Below are positions 37,287 through 39,168 of a DNA stretch of 39,168 nt, piece by piece. The stretch covers positions 1 through 39,168 of the forward strand of contig JBJMMA010000182.1 of NCBI GenBank assembly GCA_045805065.1, in the 5' to 3' direction. The notes beneath the pieces are model-generated. The model had not been told where the DNA came from. It searched no databases and worked only from the letters and a program-made list of their open reading frames with translations. How positions within the stretch are numbered: the stretch's first letter is position 1; each line of letters starts with the position of its first letter. The translations under genes and the position numbers were made by a program. Origin of the DNA: Bdellovibrionia bacterium. GTDB lineage: Bacteria; Bdellovibrionota; UBA1018.

Positions 37287-39168
37287 CTAGTTGCCAATGT
37301 ACTGGCAGGCAAAGGCGTCTTGGGTGCCGATCTGGGAATTGTAGTCGAGCCCGCCGGATGTAGTTCCCGCTATGTAAATGCGACCCGATGGATGTACGGC
37401 AACACTATTACCATTGGTATTACTTGAAACAGATCCCATCTGCTTGGTCCACTGCCGAAGGCCCGCAGAAGTGTATTTGGTGACAAAGACGCTGTTTGTT
37501 CCGGTGGATGCGTTTCCATCAAGTCCGCCCCCGGTAGATCCTGCGACAAAGACATTACCAGATGAGTCAGCAGTAACGCCATTGCCAGAAGTGGTTTTAG
37601 CAGCGACGCCTAACTGCTTAGTCCAAAGCTTGGTGCCGCTCGAGTCGTACTTCGTGACGAAAAAGTCTTGCGTTCCAGTGAGCGTGTTTCCATCGATCCC
37701 GCCCCCGGTAGATCCTGCGACAAAGACATTACCAGATGAGTCAGTAGCAACGCTATTGCCAGAAGTGGTTTTGGTAGCGACGCCTAACTGCTTAGTCCTA
37801 ATCTTTGTGCCGGTTGAGTCGTACTTCGTGACGAAAAAATCTTGCATTCCAGTGAGCGTGTTTCCATCAAGCCCGCCTGAAGTAGATCCTGCAACAAAGA
37901 TATTGCCAGATGAGTCAGTAGCAACGCTATTGCCAGAAGTGGCTTTGGTAGCGACGCCTAACTGCTTGGTCCAAATCTTTGTGCCGGCTGAGTCGTACTT
38001 CGTGACGAAAAAATCTTGCGTTCCAGTAAGCGTGTTTCCATCAAGTCCACCTGAAGTAGATCCTGCAACAAAGATATTGCCAGATGAGTCAGTAGCAACG
38101 CCATTGCCAGAAGTGGTTTTAGTGGCGACACCTAATTGCTTAGTCCAAATCTTTGTGCCGCTCGAGTCGTATTTGGTGATAAATAAGTCCTGGGTGCCTG
38201 TCAGAGTATTTCCATCGAGGCCGCCGCTCGTATAACCCGTGACAAAGACATTTCCAGAAGGATCAGTGGCGACACCAAGTGCACTAGTGACATTAGAAGC
38301 TAGGCCCAATTGCCGAGTCCAAAGCTTAGTGCCGGACGAGTTATACTTAGTGACAAAGAAGTCAGTGTTGCCCGTGAGAGTATTACCATCCAGGCCCCCG
38401 GAGGTGCTACCAGCGATATACACATTTTCCGAACTGTCGTAGGCGACCGCTCTACCACTCGTGTTAGCAGGTCCTAGGCTTCCGAGTTGCTTGGTCCAAG
38501 ACTTGGCACCAGAAGAATTATACTTAGTGACAAAGAAGTCATCGGTGCCCGAGAGAGTATTACCATCCAGGCCCCCGTAGGTGAAACCAGCGATAAGGAC
38601 ATTTCCAGAAGTATCAGTAGTAGCTCCATATGCTCGAGTGTCGTGAGAAGCCACGCCCATCAGATGCGTCCATATCTTTGCACCAGTAGAGTCATACTTG
38701 ATGACGAAGAAGTCTTGTGTTCCCGTTAGAGTGTTTCCGTCGAGGCCACCATTGGTATAGCCCGTGACAAAGCTATTTCCAGAAGAGTCTGTCGCAACCG
38801 CATTGGCAAAAGTGCTTTTAGAAGCTACACCCATTTGCTTAGTCCACTGCTTAGTGCCAGTAGAGTCATACTTAGTGACAAAAAAGTCGTAGGAACCTGT
38901 GACAGTATTTCCGTCGAGGCCACCATTGGTATAACCCGTGACAAAGATGTTTCCAGAAGAGTCAGTGGCAACCGCATTGCCTTGAGTCCATCGAGAGGCG
39001 ACGCCTAACTGTTTGGTCCACTGCTTAGTGCCAGTAGAGTCGTACTTAGTGACAAAAAAGTCGTAGGAACCTGTGAGAGTATTTCCGTCGAGGCCGCCGC
39101 TCGTATAACCCGCGACAAAGATGTTTCCAGAAGAGTCCGTGACGACTCCATTGGCGTGGGTGTACTGA
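37287..39168 (-). CDS. SBBP-type beta-propeller repeat protein, 5' end beyond the window (partial)
   Basis: Frame stays open from 39167 to the stop at 37287, beyond the 38834 start in the track. About 11 repeats of about 58 aa: DSSGNxFVxGxTxGGLDGNTLTGxxDFFVTKYDSxGxKxWTKQLG. Confidence 0.9.
   Translation of the reverse strand, partial: QYTHANGVVTDSSGNIFVAGYTSGGLDGNTLTGSYDFFVTKYDSTGTKQWTKQLGVASRWTQGNAVATDSSGNIFVTGYTNGGLDGNTVTGSYDFFVTKYDSTGTKQWTKQMGVASKSTFANAVATDSSGNSFVTGYTNGGLDGNTLTGTQDFFVIKYDSTGAKIWTHLMGVASHDTRAYGATTDTSGNVLIAGFTYGGLDGNTLSGTDDFFVTKYNSSGAKSWTKQLGSLGPANTSGRAVAYDSSENVYIAGSTSGGLDGNTLTGNTDFFVTKYNSSGTKLWTRQLGLASNVTSALGVATDPSGNVFVTGYTSGGLDGNTLTGTQDLFITKYDSSGTKIWTKQLGVATKTTSGNGVATDSSGNIFVAGSTSGGLDGNTLTGTQDFFVTKYDSAGTKIWTKQLGVATKATSGNSVATDSSGNIFVAGSTSGGLDGNTLTGMQDFFVTKYDSTGTKIRTKQLGVATKTTSGNSVATDSSGNVFVAGSTGGGIDGNTLTGTQDFFVTKYDSSGTKLWTKQLGVAAKTTSGNGVTADSSGNVFVAGSTGGGLDGNASTGTNSVFVTKYTSAGLRQWTKQMGSVSSNTNGNSVAVHPSGRIYIAGTTSGGLDYNSQIGTQDAFACQYIGN
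37515..38190 (-). repeat. 174-bp intragenic tandem repeats, four highly similar copies
   Basis: GATCCTGC anchor recurs at 37537, 37711, 37885 and 38059. Confidence 0.9.

Noticed and set aside
37378..38235. 285-aa plus-strand repetitive ORF
   Set aside because: Antisense reflection of the SBBP repeats.
37287..39168. Repeat array considered as CRISPR or a DGR template
   Set aside because: Repeats are 174-bp in-frame coding units without unique spacers; no cas or reverse transcriptase gene in the window.

Overview
Bacterial chromosomal window, most consistent with a Bdellovibrionota/Oligoflexia-like organism (inferred from gene content: CPAF-like protease, MAT-type fibre, many secreted hypotheticals). 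The left two-thirds is mostly core genome: CPAF-like S41 protease, orphan sensor kinase, mscS, ogt, GT87 glycosyltransferase, an outer-membrane barrel/lipoprotein pair, mltG, rho, rpmE-prfA-prmC-murA, ruvCAB, lpxC and tRNA-Pro(GGG). It also holds a two-gene sphingolipid module (serine palmitoyltransferase + GNAT-fold ceramide synthase) preceded by a strongly self-complementary leader. After the tRNA comes an accessory region: two paralogous six-cysteine secreted mini-proteins, each with its own near-leaderless sigma70 promoter; two paralogous four-cysteine secreted proteins; hemerythrin; NfeD-stomatin; a FeeM-like acyltransferase; pirin-yqjG; and a fibre/beta-propeller adhesin locus in which one propeller gene appears collapsed to a 60-aa remnant. 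No integrase, transposase or CRISPR array was found. All calls come from reading motifs by eye; no database searches were run.
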